Assembly: GCA_038818725.1 (NCBI GenBank)
Contig: JAWAYL010000003.1
Location: forward strand, 1,791 to 65,790
Direction: 5' to 3'
DNA from: Thermoplasmatota archaeon
Lineage (GTDB): Archaea > Thermoplasmatota > E2 > UBA202 > JdFR-43
Length of the DNA: 64,000 nucleotides
Part shown: in pieces, positions 1 through 10,392 of the stretch
How positions within the stretch are numbered: the stretch's first letter is position 1
Layout of the letters: each line of letters starts with the position of its first letter
The notes under the pieces: generated by a model
Database searches by the model: none
Told to the model about the DNA's origin: nothing
The model's input: only the letters and a program-made list of their open reading frames with translations
Made by a program: the position numbers and the translations under genes

Positions 1-2988
1 GGAGATGTATGCGATGCAGCAATTTTAGGTGTAGTAGTTGCTCCAGAATTTGAAACAGATTATACATGCGGACCAGCAAATCCAGTTGAAGTTCCAATAA
101 CAGTAACAGTTAAGAATAATGGAACGCTTGGTCCAGAAGATATTGGACCAATACCAGTTAAAGTTCAGGTATTCCACAAATTGAAGAAAGTGCTGGTTGA
201 GGAGGACTTTGAAGAAGGAGAAGATAGTCTAAATGACTGGATGTTAGCATTTTCAAGCTATGACTTTACTGGACCAACATTTATAGAACATGTAACAAAT
301 TATGATGCAAATACTGGACAATATGCCCTTGCATACTTCACAGAAGGACCAAATACAAATAGATATTATATAGATGGAATGAACCAAGGTATATTTACAC
401 CATCATTTAATGTTCCGCCTGCATATGCAAAGCATGTATGGTTTGACTATGCAGCAAAGTGGAACATGGCTCCTCATCCATTTGGAGGAGCATGGGCAAC
501 CCAGAGATGGAATTATAGATATTCAATTTATTACACTGGATATGTTTATGGATGGGATGCATGGGCGCCAGGCATATTGGATGACTTCGCAAACGCATTC
601 TTATTTGGATTCCCAACAAGCAGGTTAGGATATACAATATTCAACAATAATGGAATGCATACAACACCAGCAAGTGCCCCAACATTTATGGATAGATGGA
701 ACAATCCAAAAGTATTCATATCTTCGCCATATAGATGGTATTATGTAAATCAACTCCATGAATTCCATGGATGGTATCCAGCTTATCCGGATTGGGTGGA
801 TGTTGATTACAAGCCAATGGATATATTCCATATTGATATCAAAGATTGGATTAACGTATATAAGGGAATGGGCTACTTAAACATGGATATGCGCCTTGGA
901 TGGCTGATGAGCACTGCAGAATATGGTATATATGGATATTATTCACCAAACTATAATTCAGCATTCCCAGCATGGAGCGGTTTGATGGTTGATGACGTAT
1001 CAATTTACTATGATTATGCAGGAGCAAAAGTTTGGGAAATGACAAAGACAATTGAACTTAAGCCTGGAGAAACTGGACAACTAACATTCAGATGGAATGC
1101 AACAGATTTCTGCGACTATATAATAGTTGCAACAGTTGATTTGGATTGTGATATGGATCCAACAAATAATGAAAAGGATGCAGAGACAAGAATATATACA
1201 ACAATTTATGAAGAGCCATATGAATATAAATGGAAGCAAGAAGATAATACATTTGGCTTGCCAGATAACTGGCATGTTGTAGAGGAATGCTCAATTTGCC
1301 CAACAAATCACTTCTGGTGGAATGGAGTTGAATCATACAATGGATATGAACCAAATACACATGATGTATTGATAATAAATAGAGGATTTAACACAACAGA
1401 GCAAGAGCCCTATCTTGAAATTGACTTCGATACAAAATACTTGCTTGAAACAGAGTATGATTATGGATATGTTGAAATAAGCAATGACACATTCTACTGG
1501 TATGAAGAGCCAGCAGGCGACCCAGGATGGAGATTAAATACAAAAGGAATATGGTGGATAGTAGCAGAGGATGGAGAGGGTAATTCAGGCATATTCACTG
1601 GACAGAATCCATCATGGCCAGAATTTGACCATGTATCATTGCAGATTACTCCAGGAACAGTATTAGTGGAAGAAATGACAGGAACTGCTATGGTAATTGA
1701 CTCATCATTCTTCAGCACACCAATTTCAGTAAGATTTAAGATGTATTCAGATAGTGGCGTATGCTGGAAGGGATGGTTCATTGATAATGTAAATATTTCA
1801 TATGCAGGCACTGATGGAATGCACTGGCACGAATTCCTCGATACAATGGAAATTCCAGAATTTACAGCAGCAAACTGGCTGCACATGAAATGGTATTCTG
1901 GATGTCACTGGCATGAAACAAGCACATTTGGATTGCCACATCCATCACCAGATGGAAAGTGGTTCTGGAATGGAGTGCCTGTTTTAGGAAACACCTATTA
2001 CCTTGATGTAGATGAGAAACTTGTAATTGAATATGATTTAACTCATGCATATGAAGCAATATTAACATTTGAATATAACTATAGCTTCAGTCAAACATAT
2101 GATTTATTTACTTCAACATACACATATGACTATGGATATGTTGAAATAAGCACAGATGGAGGAAAGACATGGGACTTAATTAAGATATATGGAGGAACAT
2201 ATGGAGATGGATTGAATTCAGGAAATGCATGGAAGAAGAGAACAATTGATATAAGCAAATATGCTGGAGGAGATAAACCAATATTGATACGCTTCCGCTT
2301 CGTTGATGATAGTGGCTATGATCCATTTACTGGTGCTCCAACAGTTAGCTATGGATGGCTAATTGATAATATAAGCATAATTGGAAAAGTTGATTACATT
2401 GCACCAACTGCAAGCCATTCAATTGATCCAGCAACACCAAATGGATGCAATGGATGGTATAAGAGCGATGTAACAATTACATTAACAGCAAATGATAATA
2501 CTGGAATTAAAGCAATATATTATCGCATTGATGGCGGCTCATGGCAGGTATATACAAAACCATTCAAAGTAACAACAGATGGAAATCATAAGGTTGAATA
2601 CTATGCAGAAGATATTGTAGGCAATACATCACCAGTTGGAACAATAACATTCAAGATAGATAAGACCGCACCAACAGTAACAATAACTGCTCCACAAGCT
2701 GGCTATATCTATCTGTTTGGCAGACAGCTCTTCAAGAACCCACTCGGTGGAACACTTATAATTGGAGGAATCTACTTTGAAGCAACTGCAAGCGATGCAA
2801 CAAGCGGAGTTGACTATGTATCATTTAACATAAACGGCTATACATATGACGATGCAAGCGCACCATACAAGATATGGTGGCACAAGTTCGACTTAATGCC
2901 AACGAAATATACATTGACAGTTTCAGCGTACGACGAAGCATGCAACAAAGCAGCAGATCAAACATTAAGCTTTACACACTGGCTATAA
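1..2988 (+). CDS. Large secreted/surface protein, 5'-truncated: repeated immune-inhibitor-A/MAM-like jelly-roll modules, CARDB-like and Ig-like domains
   Basis: Frame open from base 1 (GDVCDAAILG...). Repeated YDYGYVEIS..G..W and GW.IDN(V/I) motifs, VDLDCDMDPTNNEK CARDB-like end, GWYKSDVTITLTAND...IYYRIDG Ig-like module. Confidence 0.7.
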   Translation, partial: GDVCDAAILGVVVAPEFETDYTCGPANPVEVPITVTVKNNGTLGPEDIGPIPVKVQVFHKLKKVLVEEDFEEGEDSLNDWMLAFSSYDFTGPTFIEHVTNYDANTGQYALAYFTEGPNTNRYYIDGMNQGIFTPSFNVPPAYAKHVWFDYAAKWNMAPHPFGGAWATQRWNYRYSIYYTGYVYGWDAWAPGILDDFANAFLFGFPTSRLGYTIFNNNGMHTTPASAPTFMDRWNNPKVFISSPYRWYYVNQLHEFHGWYPAYPDWVDVDYKPMDIFHIDIKDWINVYKGMGYLNMDMRLGWLMSTAEYGIYGYYSPNYNSAFPAWSGLMVDDVSIYYDYAGAKVWEMTKTIELKPGETGQLTFRWNATDFCDYIIVATVDLDCDMDPTNNEKDAETRIYTTIYEEPYEYKWKQEDNTFGLPDNWHVVEECSICPTNHFWWNGVESYNGYEPNTHDVLIINRGFNTTEQEPYLEIDFDTKYLLETEYDYGYVEISNDTFYWYEEPAGDPGWRLNTKGIWWIVAEDGEGNSGIFTGQNPSWPEFDHVSLQITPGTVLVEEMTGTAMVIDSSFFSTPISVRFKMYSDSGVCWKGWFIDNVNISYAGTDGMHWHEFLDTMEIPEFTAANWLHMKWYSGCHWHETSTFGLPHPSPDGKWFWNGVPVLGNTYYLDVDEKLVIEYDLTHAYEAILTFEYNYSFSQTYDLFTSTYTYDYGYVEISTDGGKTWDLIKIYGGTYGDGLNSGNAWKKRTIDISKYAGGDKPILIRFRFVDDSGYDPFTGAPTVSYGWLIDNISIIGKVDYIAPTASHSIDPATPNGCNGWYKSDVTITLTANDNTGIKAIYYRIDGGSWQVYTKPFKVTTDGNHKVEYYAEDIVGNTSPVGTITFKIDKTAPTVTITAPQAGYIYLFGRQLFKNPLGGTLIIGGIYFEATASDATSGVDYVSFNINGYTYDDASAPYKIWWHKFDLMPTKYTLTVSAYDEACNKAADQTLSFTHWL

Positions 2989-3214
2989 GCCAACCCTCTT
3001 CCTCTTTTTATATATTTTTATAAAAATTGAAATTATTTTAGTTTCTTTCCTGTTCATCTAAGCAAGAAAGCAATTTTGCCTCTTCTTTTCATGAGCTATC
3101 AAATTATTTTGAAGGAAAACCAAGATTTTTCGAATTTACTGCTTGAAAGCATATAAAGGCTTCATCAAAAAATTTATTTATATCTTACTAATTTATTTTA
3201 GGAGGCTGATAAAA

Positions 3215-4861
3215 ATGAAAGGAAAAAAAATGCTGGCAACAATTCTGGTAACAATAGTAATTGGAGCAATTTTTGTAAGTGGAACAAAAAGCAATGAGCC
3301 ATTAAAAATAAGCGAATCTGAAAAAATAAAAGTAGACAAGGCAACAAACGCGCATAAGGACTTATGCATTGAATTAAAAACATTGGAAAAGAAAAATATT
3401 CCTCTACCACTTGGGGATATACCAGTAACAGGAAGTGAGACAGATGAAATGCACCCCGCAATTGCAAGCGATGGCATAGGAAATATATGGCTTGCATTTG
3501 AAGGAGATTTACAGCAAACAGGTGAATACAATGTATGGTTTACCTACGGAACAGGAGGAGGCAGTACATGGGCTGAAGAGGCTGTTGCCTGGAATATAGA
3601 AAGCCCAGAAAGACCATCTCTTGATTATTGGGGAGGAACAAGATTCTTTGGAACAATGGTTCCAAGCCCTTATGATGCAGATGGTGGAGCCCTTTATCTA
3701 TTCTCATGTGAAGACCCGACAAATTTTGATACCTATAGTGGTGTATATTGGACAGTAAATGACCTTGGCGCAGGATATTACGGCTTTTCAGATGTTGATA
3801 TAGCATGCGATAATGCTCTTGAAAGCTGGGCATATGGCGGAATTTCAATTCTTGGAGAGCATGGCTCGGGATTGACAAAAACACCTCTATTTTCATATCA
3901 ATGCACTGAAGAAGGAGTTGCTTGGTTCTATTATTTTAGTGATGTTGAAAACGATCCATTTACAATTGAAAACGGGCAATCAACTGCTTTTGATATCGAT
4001 CCAGTAACACATCTTGCTTACCCAATATGGAATTATATGAATGCAGAAACAGGATTTCTTGATATATTCTTCTACATCTTTGACTTTGGAACATGGGATG
4101 AATACCAGGGATATCCAATTCATCCAGATGTTGGAGGAGGTTTCATAAATACAACAGGAACAAATGATAGGAATATAGATATATCCGCATATAACAACAA
4201 TATTATAATCGTTTCACAGACAGAAGAGGGTGGAAATCAAGATATTACATGCTACTATTCAAATGATGGTCTTCAGACAGTTAATAAGGTTATGATTGCA
4301 AATACAGGAGAGAATGAAATGTATCCAAGAGTTATGCATACTGGAGAAAATACCGCAATATGCATATTTGTAAAGAATGGGAATCTATACTTCACTCAAA
4401 CTGAAGATGGAGGAGCAACATGGTTGGAGCCAATAAAAATTAATGATGTCGATGGAAGTGTTGCAGAGGAATATGACACCGCAGATATTTGTAAAGCAGG
4501 AGCAATATGGATGGATAACAGAAATGGAAATTATGATTTGTTCTTTGATACTGTTGGAGCATTCCCCGTGATAGGAATCGAAAGCATTTCTGGCGGATTT
4601 GGAGCAAAAGCAACAATAGCAAACATTGGAAATGCACCAGCTAAAAATGTTAAATGGAGCATTGATTTAGAAGGGAAGCTTGTATTAATAGGAAAGCATA
4701 AGGAAGGAATAATTTCAGAAATTCAACCAGGAGCAAGTGTAACAGTAAGCACTGGCTTAGTTCTAGGAATTGGAAAAGTAAACATAAAGGCAAAGGCAGG
4801 AGATGCTTCAGCAACTGCAACCGCTTTTCTGCTCGGCCCATTTGTGCTGGGCGTGAGCTAA
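3215..4861 (+). CDS. Secreted BNR/sialidase-like beta-propeller protein with C-terminal CARDB-like domain
   Basis: GGAGG RBS before ATG 3215, signal peptide MKGKKMLATILVTIVIG, Asp-box-like TEDGGATW and SNDG, C-terminal TIANIGNAPAKNVKW. Confidence 0.65.
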   Translation: MKGKKMLATILVTIVIGAIFVSGTKSNEPLKISESEKIKVDKATNAHKDLCIELKTLEKKNIPLPLGDIPVTGSETDEMHPAIASDGIGNIWLAFEGDLQQTGEYNVWFTYGTGGGSTWAEEAVAWNIESPERPSLDYWGGTRFFGTMVPSPYDADGGALYLFSCEDPTNFDTYSGVYWTVNDLGAGYYGFSDVDIACDNALESWAYGGISILGEHGSGLTKTPLFSYQCTEEGVAWFYYFSDVENDPFTIENGQSTAFDIDPVTHLAYPIWNYMNAETGFLDIFFYIFDFGTWDEYQGYPIHPDVGGGFINTTGTNDRNIDISAYNNNIIIVSQTEEGGNQDITCYYSNDGLQTVNKVMIANTGENEMYPRVMHTGENTAICIFVKNGNLYFTQTEDGGATWLEPIKINDVDGSVAEEYDTADICKAGAIWMDNRNGNYDLFFDTVGAFPVIGIESISGGFGAKATIANIGNAPAKNVKWSIDLEGKLVLIGKHKEGIISEIQPGASVTVSTGLVLGIGKVNIKAKAGDASATATAFLLGPFVLGVS

Positions 4862-4912
4862 CCTTTTCCCTTTTTTATTTTAAAAATATTTATATCTTTT
4901 TTGTTTAATATT

Positions 4913-6226
4913 ATGGCTGTTGCATTAACAATTGCTGGAAGCGATAGTGGTGGAGGAGCTGGCTTGCAGGCTGATTTGAAAACCTTTGCAGTTTTTTATG
5001 TTCATGGAATTTGTGCTTTAACAGGAATAACAATTCAAAATTCTTCAAAAATAGAAGAAATTTATGATTTGCCTCCTTCGCTTGTAAAAAAGCAGATTGA
5101 AATCCTTGCAAATGATTTTGATATAAATTCAGCTAAAACTGGAATGCTAAGAAATAGTAAAATAATAAAAGCTGTTGCAAGCATCATTTCAAAATATGAT
5201 TTTCCTCTTATTGCTGACCCTGTTATTCTTTCAAAAAGTGGATATGAACTGCTTAAGGAAGATGCAATAGATGACTTCATAAATTTTATCTTCCCTATTT
5301 CCTATCTTATAACTCCAAACAGGTATGAAGCAGAAAAGTTAAGCGGAATAAAAATAAAAAGCAAAGCAGATGTAGAAAAAGCTTTAAAAATTTTGAAGAA
5401 AAAAGGAGCAAACTCCATTTTAATAAAAGGAGGACACTTTACAAACAAAACAGATTATCTTTTTCATGAAGGAAAAATTCTTGAATATAAAGGAAAAAAT
5501 ATAGAAGGATGCAAGCATGGCGCGGGCTGCAGTTTTTCAGCAGCAATCACCGCAAATCTTGCAAAAGGAGTTGAACTTAAAGAAAGCATCAGAATAGCAA
5601 AGAATTTTATAGAATTTGCAATAAAGCATGCAGAAAAAATTAAAAAAAATTGTCCAGTAAATCAGATTTCATGGGTAGCAAAAGATGCAGAAAAATGGCG
5701 AGTTTATGAAGAATTAAAATTTTACTTAGATGAGCTTTTAAAAGAAAATATTTATGATTTAATTCCTGAAGTGGGAACAAATTTCGCATATGCTCTTCCG
5801 AAAATTTTTTTAGAAAATGAAAATGATGTTTTAGCAATTGAAGGAAGAATAATAAAAGCTGGAAAAAATTTAAGAGCTGGAGAAATAAAATTTGGGGCAT
5901 CAAAGCATTTAGCAAAAGCAATAATAAAAGCAATGGAATATGATGAAAGCATAAGATGTGCAATAAATATAAAGTATGATGAAAATTTAATAAGAAATGC
6001 TAAAAAAATTTATACTGTTTCTTCATATGATAGAAGGAAGGAGCCAAAAGAAATAAAAAATAAAGAAGGGAAAAGCATCTCATGGGGAACTGAATTTGCA
6101 ATTAAAAAAGTAGCAAAAGTGCCAGACTTAATTTTTCATAAAGGAGATGTTGGTAAGGAAGCAATGATAACAATTTTTGGAAAAAATCCTTCTGATGTGG
6201 TTGAAAAATTAAGGAAAGTAATCTAA
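4913..6226 (+). CDS. thiDN: Bifunctional HMP/HMP-P kinase - thiamine-phosphate synthase (ThiD-ThiN fusion)
   Basis: ALTIAGSDSGGGAGLQADLKTF, HGAGCSFSAAI; C-terminal ThiN motifs LIPEVGTN, FGASKHLA, GDVGKE. Confidence 0.93.
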   Translation: MAVALTIAGSDSGGGAGLQADLKTFAVFYVHGICALTGITIQNSSKIEEIYDLPPSLVKKQIEILANDFDINSAKTGMLRNSKIIKAVASIISKYDFPLIADPVILSKSGYELLKEDAIDDFINFIFPISYLITPNRYEAEKLSGIKIKSKADVEKALKILKKKGANSILIKGGHFTNKTDYLFHEGKILEYKGKNIEGCKHGAGCSFSAAITANLAKGVELKESIRIAKNFIEFAIKHAEKIKKNCPVNQISWVAKDAEKWRVYEELKFYLDELLKENIYDLIPEVGTNFAYALPKIFLENENDVLAIEGRIIKAGKNLRAGEIKFGASKHLAKAIIKAMEYDESIRCAINIKYDENLIRNAKKIYTVSSYDRRKEPKEIKNKEGKSISWGTEFAIKKVAKVPDLIFHKGDVGKEAMITIFGKNPSDVVEKLRKVI

Positions 6227-7573
6227 TTATTTTCCTCCATGCCTTGTTTCTCTTGTTCTTACTTCAACAAAAATTGGGCAGGCTAAAGGCATGCCAGCAA
6301 CTATTGCAACTCCTATAGGAAGAGTTTGAATTTCATTTGAAGAAGATGAATCAAGTCCTTCAACGCTTGAAGTTATTGCTTTAAGATCATTTGGATTTGT
6401 TGTTTTAAGTATTATATGTGTATTGCACTGTGAGATAACATTTTTATCTATCCTTGCTGGGCGCTGTGTTAAAATTGCAAGCCCTACCCCAAATTTTCTT
6501 CCTTCCGAAGCTATATTTCTTATTATATTGCTTGCAATGCTTTTTCCCTGTCCTTTTTCAGGGCAATATCTATGGGCTTCTTCAATAACTATAAGCAATG
6601 GAGGGATTGAATTATTTTTTCTTTCTTCAAATATTCTTGTGAGCAATATTGAGACAAGCATTTCCTGAATATAAGGAGGAACGCCTCTCATATTTATTAT
6701 CGAGCAATTTCCCTTTTTTACAATTTCATCTAAAGGAGTGTAATATTTTGAGAAAATACCCATTGATATTATTTGCTCCATTTGATTTATCAGCCCCCAT
6801 TTTGCGCTGCTCTTTGCTTCCTTTATTTCTTCAAGGATATCCTCCATAGTATATATTCTTTTTTCGCTCGCATTTTTCCATGCCTCATATAGCAACCCTT
6901 TTTGCACTTGAGTTGCTTCAGGAAATAGATAAAGCAAATCCTGAAATGATAAATTTACCTCATCGAGCAAAAGAGGAATTGCATCTCTATTATTACTACA
7001 TATAGGAGAGTATTCAAAAACATTTTTTGCATAACTTTTTGGACTTACTTCAAATTTTTTCATTTCCTCCATTTCCTCAAAGTTTGGATGCCTTAAAGAA
7101 GTATATTCTCCATGTGGATCTATTATCAGTACAGCATTCCCTTTTTTTATAAATTCTTCTATTATTACTCCCATTGTATAGCTTTTTCCACTCCCACTTT
7201 TCGCAAGTATGCATATATGCTTCTGAATAAGTATTTCAGGAGAAAGAAAAACCTTAATATTCATGTCCTTCAGAATTCCTAAATAAATTCCTTCGTTTTC
7301 TATTCCAATTATCTTCCTTATTGTTTCTTCATCTGCTTTATAAACTTTTTCGCCAACGCTAAATGGAGTTCTTACCATATACTTTTCTTCAGTTGAACCA
7401 ATAATATTTGCTTTTGCAAATGTTCCATCACTTCTATTAAAAATTTCCCATACTTGTGATAAAATTTTATTTTCATGAAAAACACACACATAATCAAGCT
7501 TCTTTATTTCTTGGGATGCTTTGAATATAAAATAAGAAGTAGTTCCCTCTATTATTTCCCCTATTTCTTCCAT
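6227..7573 (-). CDS. HerA-like ATPase (HAS barrel plus DUF87)
   Basis: HICILAKSGSGKS, IIDPHGEY, Walker B IEEAH, EGRKFGVG, TQRPARID. Confidence 0.88.
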   Translation of the reverse strand: MEEIGEIIEGTTSYFIFKASQEIKKLDYVCVFHENKILSQVWEIFNRSDGTFAKANIIGSTEEKYMVRTPFSVGEKVYKADEETIRKIIGIENEGIYLGILKDMNIKVFLSPEILIQKHICILAKSGSGKSYTMGVIIEEFIKKGNAVLIIDPHGEYTSLRHPNFEEMEEMKKFEVSPKSYAKNVFEYSPICSNNRDAIPLLLDEVNLSFQDLLYLFPEATQVQKGLLYEAWKNASEKRIYTMEDILEEIKEAKSSAKWGLINQMEQIISMGIFSKYYTPLDEIVKKGNCSIINMRGVPPYIQEMLVSILLTRIFEERKNNSIPPLLIVIEEAHRYCPEKGQGKSIASNIIRNIASEGRKFGVGLAILTQRPARIDKNVISQCNTHIILKTTNPNDLKAITSSVEGLDSSSSNEIQTLPIGVAIVAGMPLACPIFVEVRTRETRHGGK

Positions 7574-8343
7574 TATCCTATATACCTCAAATCCTCTCTT
7601 TCGCCCTTTTCTTTTTCAATTATCGACCTTTCAATGCTCTTTATTCTTTCAGTAATTTTTCTAAGCTCTTCTGCTTTCCTATCCAAGCTTGAGAGGCTTA
7701 TTTTCAGTCCAAGAATTTTTGTAAGCACATTTGCAACCTCTCTTGCAGAATTCGGATCAACAATATATCCAGAGGTTTCGCCCATAAGGCAAGCTCCTCT
7801 CATTCCACGCAATTTCCCAAGCCCCAGAAGCAATCCGGAAGCACCAACTATGCCCCCTCCTTCCTCATCCTTAAATATCACTCCATGCTTTTTAAGTTCT
7901 TCAACAAGTTCCTTGTCTGTGGCTGCGCCCGTGACGCGAGGACGCTCTACTTCTATGCCCAGCCCGTAGCCGCCGAGAGTGAAAATCATTTTAACTCCAA
8001 AAGCTTCGGCCAAATCAAGTATTTTTTCCGCAAGCATATATTGGCCATGAGGGGAAAGAGCCTGGTAATCGCCAGTAAGGATGATTAAATCTTTTTCTCC
8101 TTTCCAGTAGAAGAATTCATTTTTTACAAGCCTTACTACTCCATCTGACCCAATTATAACCTGGGGTGGGAAATCTGTAGAGTATAGCTCAGCAAATTTC
8201 TTTGCCTTTATTTCCTCTATAATATGCTCAGCTGCTATTTTTCCAACATTTCCTATACCAGGTAGCCCTTCAATTAATATTGGCTCTTTAAGCTGGGGTT
8301 TTTCCAGATACACTATTTTTATTTCCTCAATTTTTTTTGCCAT
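7573..8343 (-). CDS. Proteasome assembly chaperone PAC2 family protein
   Basis: IEGLPGIGNVGK, TLGGY, GASGLLLG, MGETSGY; conserved position after nop10. Confidence 0.92.
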   Translation of the reverse strand: MAKKIEEIKIVYLEKPQLKEPILIEGLPGIGNVGKIAAEHIIEEIKAKKFAELYSTDFPPQVIIGSDGVVRLVKNEFFYWKGEKDLIILTGDYQALSPHGQYMLAEKILDLAEAFGVKMIFTLGGYGLGIEVERPRVTGAATDKELVEELKKHGVIFKDEEGGGIVGASGLLLGLGKLRGMRGACLMGETSGYIVDPNSAREVANVLTKILGLKISLSSLDRKAEELRKITERIKSIERSIIEKEKGEREDLRYIG

Positions 8344-8488
8344 ATTTTTCCTCCTTTAACATTCTCCTATATTTACCATATTTATCTTGAGGGGAGAAGC
8401 GAGGTGGTTCTTTTTTTTGCGTCTCCGAGTTGCATACTGGACAATATTTTTTAAGAGTATATCTGTTGCATTTCTGACAATATTTCAT
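8327..8488 (-). CDS. nop10: H/ACA RNP protein Nop10 (53 aa, absent from ORF track)
   Basis: Manual translation MKYCQKCNRYTLKKYCPVCNSETQKKEPPRFSPQDKYGKYRRMLKEEKYGKKN; ATGA overlap with aIF2alpha stop. Confidence 0.95.
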   Translation of the reverse strand: MKYCQKCNRYTLKKYCPVCNSETQKKEPPRFSPQDKYGKYRRMLKEEKYGKKN

Positions 8489-9258
8489 TTCATTTCCCTT
8501 ATGAATTTTCCATCCCCTTTATGTTTTTTTATGTATTCAATTGCTTTATTTACATTTTCCTTTAATTTTTTTTCCGCCACTTTGTAGTCAGGTGCAATCA
8601 CTTCAATTCTATATAATGGGGCGGATATATATTTTACTCTAATTTTCAATTCATTTTCCTCCTCTATTTTTTCAAGAGCTTTTTTGATATGTTTTATTCC
8701 ATCACTTGTTGGGCAGGTTAATTCAACATATCCATTTATTTCAACAAAAGGAATTATTATATTCTGTTTTGCAATTTCTATAAATGCATCAACCCACTCT
8801 TCATTAAATTCTTTTCTGAACTTCTTTTCATTTTTGATCGCATCTTCAAAAGCACTATAGAGGGTGTTATATTTTTTTAGCAATTTTTCCTCAACTTCAT
8901 CATAGAATTCATCGAAATTTTTGCCTATTTTATTCGCAACTATTTCAATCAATTTTTTTGCTTTCTGCTCATTTTTCCATTGCTCTATTTTCTCCCTTTT
9001 TTGATGCTCAGTAACTCTCTTCAACGATAAATCAACATATCCTTTAGAAGGATCAACATTCATTACCTTGCAAACTATTCTTTGCCCTTCCCTAACATAT
9101 TCTCTTATATTTTTAACCCATCCAGAAGCCACTTCCTTTATATGCAAAAAACCTTTTTTATCAGGATATTCTTCGAGCTTGACAAAAGCCCCAAATCCTT
9201 TTGCCTGCGTTACAGTGCATATAACTAAATCTCCCTTTTCAGGTAAATCCTTTCCCAT
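8485..9258 (-). CDS. eif2a: Translation initiation factor aIF2 alpha
   Basis: [13 protein letters not shown]1 domain, GFLHIKEVASGWVKNI, DLSLKRV, ISAPLYRI. Confidence 0.96.
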   Translation of the reverse strand: MGKDLPEKGDLVICTVTQAKGFGAFVKLEEYPDKKGFLHIKEVASGWVKNIREYVREGQRIVCKVMNVDPSKGYVDLSLKRVTEHQKREKIEQWKNEQKAKKLIEIVANKIGKNFDEFYDEVEEKLLKKYNTLYSAFEDAIKNEKKFRKEFNEEWVDAFIEIAKQNIIIPFVEINGYVELTCPTSDGIKHIKKALEKIEEENELKIRVKYISAPLYRIEVIAPDYKVAEKKLKENVNKAIEYIKKHKGDGKFIREMK

Positions 9259-9430
9259 GTTTTAGCTCAGCTACTATTTCACCCTTTATTTTAGCCTTCC
9301 CGCCAGTCGGGCTTGCTAGTATGCTTCCGCAAACCTGGCATTGAACTTGAATGCTTGCCTTGCTGAATATTATCTGCAAATTTCCACAATCCTTACATCT
9401 AACCTTATAAAAGCTAGAGGGCATATTCAC
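9239..9430 (-). CDS. rps27e: 30S ribosomal protein S27e
   Basis: [16 protein letters not shown]...CQVCG...PTGGKA. Confidence 0.96.
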   Translation of the reverse strand: MNMPSSFYKVRCKDCGNLQIIFSKASIQVQCQVCGSILASPTGGKAKIKGEIVAELKHGKGFT

Positions 9431-9705
9431 CTCTTTATTTCAAATTTTTTAGCCCTTATGCCTTCTTTCTGATGAGCCTTTCCACACTCCTTGCATTTAT
9501 ATCGGAGATGAACTCTTTTTGTTGGCTTCTCTCTTCCCTCTGGCTTTGGGCGAGGATAACCACCATAGCCAGCCGTCACGCGTCTAAATCTTCTCTGTCC
9601 CCACTTCAATTCAGATGCCTTTTTTTTCTTAACTCTTTCTATTGAATGCTCTGTATGATGTTTGCAATATGGACAGTATGTCTTTATTATGGCGGGTCTA
9701 ATCAT
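9427..9705 (-). CDS. rpl44e: 50S ribosomal protein L44e
   Basis: [34 protein letters not shown]. Confidence 0.97.
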   Translation of the reverse strand: MIRPAIIKTYCPYCKHHTEHSIERVKKKKASELKWGQRRFRRVTAGYGGYPRPKPEGREKPTKRVHLRYKCKECGKAHQKEGIRAKKFEIKR

Positions 9706-9760
9706 GATGTTGTAATAGGAAATAATATATAAAAATGTTTAGTTTTAGTTTATTAAAAAA

Positions 9761-10391
9761 TTACATTTCCAGATAAACAACATCATCTTCATGTGCTGAA
9801 ATAAATTTTTTTATGACTTCAATCTCTTTTGGTTTCATACTTCTTTGGTTGTTTTCCTTATAATATGTATTCCCGATTACCATTAGAATTTCCTCTGTCA
9901 CTCCTTTTTCTTTTAATATTTTAAGTGTTTCGTATGCCTTTTTCAATTCTTCTTCAACATCTTTCCTGTGAGCTTCTAAAGAATAATGAAAATATTTAAT
10001 TTCTACACACAATAGAAACAGGTTATCCTTACCATCATCAACATCTGTTATAGCTATATCTATGTCTCCTCCTCCTCTTTTTCTATTTTTAAATTTTAAT
10101 ATTTCCTCAACAGCTGCATTCCATTTTTCGTTTATAGTTTTATTTTCTTTAAATTGATTTTTTTTAATTTGAAATTCTGAATGCACATATCCAATTTGTT
10201 TTTCCTCGATTTTGTTGAGAAAATAAATGTATTATATATGTTCTTAAATCTGATTCATTCCAGCAGACGAAAGGATAATCACGCTTACGGGAAAAATTTT
10301 GGATTCTCTCCTCATAAAATTCATGATATCCCTTTGCACTTTCCCTAAAAAGATTTTTTATTTGAGAAGCGGTTATTTTTCGATTAATCAT
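9761..10391 (-). pseudogene. Frameshifted PD-(D/E)XK nuclease-like hypothetical gene
   Basis: Overlapping 75 aa and 141 aa ORFs join if one base is removed near 10220 (..NESDLRTYIIHLF/LNKIEEKQIGYVHSEF..DIDIAI..LCVEIK). Confidence 0.55.
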
Positions 10392-10392
10392 C

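Noticed and set aside
407..2068. Many short antisense or alternative-frame ORFs inside long genes, here and throughout the window
   Set aside because: Shadow ORFs of well-supported genes with no recognisable motifs
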